The notes below the pieces were generated by a model. That model did no database searches and had not been told where the DNA came from. It saw only the letters and a program-made list of their open reading frames with translations. DNA of 62,841 bases, counting the filler, from Reclinomonas americana ATCC 50394 (taxonomy: Eukaryota), in NCBI GenBank assembly GCA_048213135.1. It is 9 parts of 6 records of this genome, joined end to end, with 100 filler letters (N's around TTAATTAATTAA, not from the genome) between each part and the next. Parts side by side here need not be neighbours in the genome. Positions count along the whole stretch, not along the records: positions 61,787 to 62,841 come from PS015816.1; 8 more parts are not named here. One strand, written 5' to 3'. How positions within the stretch are numbered: position 1 is the first letter of the stretch; each line of letters opens with the position of its first letter. The position numbers and the translations under genes were made by a program. Shown piece after piece: positions 62,530-62,841 of the stretch.

Positions 62530-62718
62530 GCGCATCGCAAGGCTCGGGTATCAACGGCAGGAGCTGCGAGGTGTGACCGACTACGGCACGGGATCCAATC
62601 GTCGATCGCCGTTGCCAGTCGAATCACCCCCCGCAGTCACCACCACCACCACCCTCCTCAAGTGCGAGGGTTGGCGGCGCACCTTCCCTCGCCAGGTGCG
62701 CCCACAAGTATTGTCACT

Positions 62719-62821
<103 letters not shown>

Positions 62822-62841
62822 CAGGAGAGACACGAGAACGC

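Overview
Gene-dense, GC-rich eukaryotic (protist-like) draft scaffold. It has many short spliceosomal introns (mostly 55-90 nt), abundant CA/GT/GA microsatellites, N gaps and eight artificial TTAATTAATTAA stop linkers. Recognisable multi-exon genes: a CAP-Gly protein, a probable Zwint-1/Sos7 kinetochore protein with tandem RWD domains, an AT-hook/FYR protein, TBL1, RPN1, SEC8, a vWA protein, a spherulin-4/GH135 protein, DNA polymerase epsilon, a 7TM protein, a SHIPPO-like protein and CDC20. Several hypothetical proteins are also present. The main discovery is in the splice signals. About 30 hand-placed introns start with a one-nucleotide-shifted donor, GTTG(C/T/A)G(T/C), almost only when the exon ends in A/C/T. 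G-ending exons use normal-register G|GTNNG donors. This points to a second, commonly used mode of 5' splice-site recognition. Gene spans were built by hand from reading frame and remembered protein conservation, with no RNA evidence.
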